Below, one piece after another: positions 63,597-64,000 of a DNA stretch of 64,000 bases (its first letter is position 1; every line of letters begins with the position of its first letter). The notes beneath the pieces were generated by a model that was not told the origin of the DNA, searched no databases, and saw only the letters and a list, made by a program, of their open reading frames with translations. Origin of the DNA: Blasia pusilla (Eukaryota); contig CM114271.1 of the NCBI GenBank assembly GCA_050084515.1, positions 18,662,001 through 18,726,000 on the forward strand, read 5' to 3'. Position numbers and translations under genes: made by a program.

Positions 63597-63962
63597 TGAA
63601 ATCCGTGAAAGACCTACTGTCATGAAACACGTAGAGAATCACATACAATCGAGCCAAACCCACTCCACGATGGGAGAATCTAGGTTGAAGCTTACGGGAA
63701 ACACCATAGCCAAGAGCTCTACTCACTACCAAGGCTAACTCCCAACGCAACAGGCTCAACTCAAAGAACTAAATGTTCTTTGGGTGCATTCCACTATATC
63801 CTCCAACCTAAGAGCGGGCCCTACTGGGAAAGTCAGCCCCAACTGAGTAACCCCCAACCCTATGTATGAAACCGCATCTCTACCTATCCACTACGGTCCT
63901 ACATAAGGTATGGCCTCTACTAGCACACTATACTCTACGACATAATCTGTATGGTCATGACA
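63597..63962 (-). repeat. A3 5' terminal repeat x, preceded on plus by the PBS-position sequence AGTTCTTTGAG (63586-63596)
   Basis: Repeat of 54303-54670; complementary ACTCAAAGAACT at 63759-63770. Confidence 0.92.
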
Positions 63963-64000
63963 CGTTTGAGAACTTGGCGATTACGCAACATTGGGATACG
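63963..64000 (+). mobile_element. Continuation of B3 integrase C-terminal region
   Basis: Reads (A)FENLAITQHWDT, matching FENLAIAQHRDT of the other copies. Confidence 0.88.

Larger units (their letters stand above)
54198..63962 (-). mobile_element. Family-A retrotransposon A3, full length, nested in the B3 integrase in opposite orientation
   Basis: TGTCGTGC (54198) to GGTCATGACA (63962); perfect TSD CGTT (54194-54197 / 63963-63966); the host frame MPMAF|ENLA is restored on removal. Confidence 0.96.

Noticed and set aside
1-64000. Numerous 60-190 aa ORFs antisense to or out of frame with gag-pol, and ORFs inside terminal repeats
   Set aside because: They are shadow frames that recur only because the TE sequence recurs
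1-64000. CRISPR array, rRNA or tRNA genes
   Set aside because: No regularly spaced repeat-spacer structure or recognisable structural RNA was seen by eye

Overview
Eukaryotic genomic DNA; a land plant, probably bryophyte-like, is my inference from the gene family and TE type. About 80% of the window is a nested cluster of degenerate Ty3/Gypsy-type retrotransposons from three related families, which I label A, B and C. They flank one intact 11-exon host gene (37963-42434, +) encoding a secreted, probably GPI-anchored periplasmic-binding-protein-like (CBA1/BtuF-like) protein. Four copies are complete end to end with 4-bp target-site duplications: A1 1663-11487, B2 13434-23649, A2 24078-33569 and A3 54198-63962. 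B1, B3 and C are partial. The elements are unusual in four ways. (1) The polyprotein order is Gag(2 Zn knuckles)-protease-DNMT3-like C5 cytosine methyltransferase-RT-RNase H-DDE integrase-PHD finger. (2) The ends are not two ordinary LTRs but split direct repeats (sense order x...y-NN-x-y), with the integrase-type TG...CA ends also joined head to tail internally as CA-NN-TG. This is the pattern expected if a 2-LTR circle is integrated at an internal att site. (3) There is no tRNA PBS; the PBS position is complementary to the predicted transcript 5' end (Tf1-like self-priming), with different but still complementary sequences in families A and B. (4) The elements repeatedly insert into or beside each other. 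All pol copies carry stops or frameshifts. Everything was read by eye, so domain boundaries are approximate and no database searches were run.
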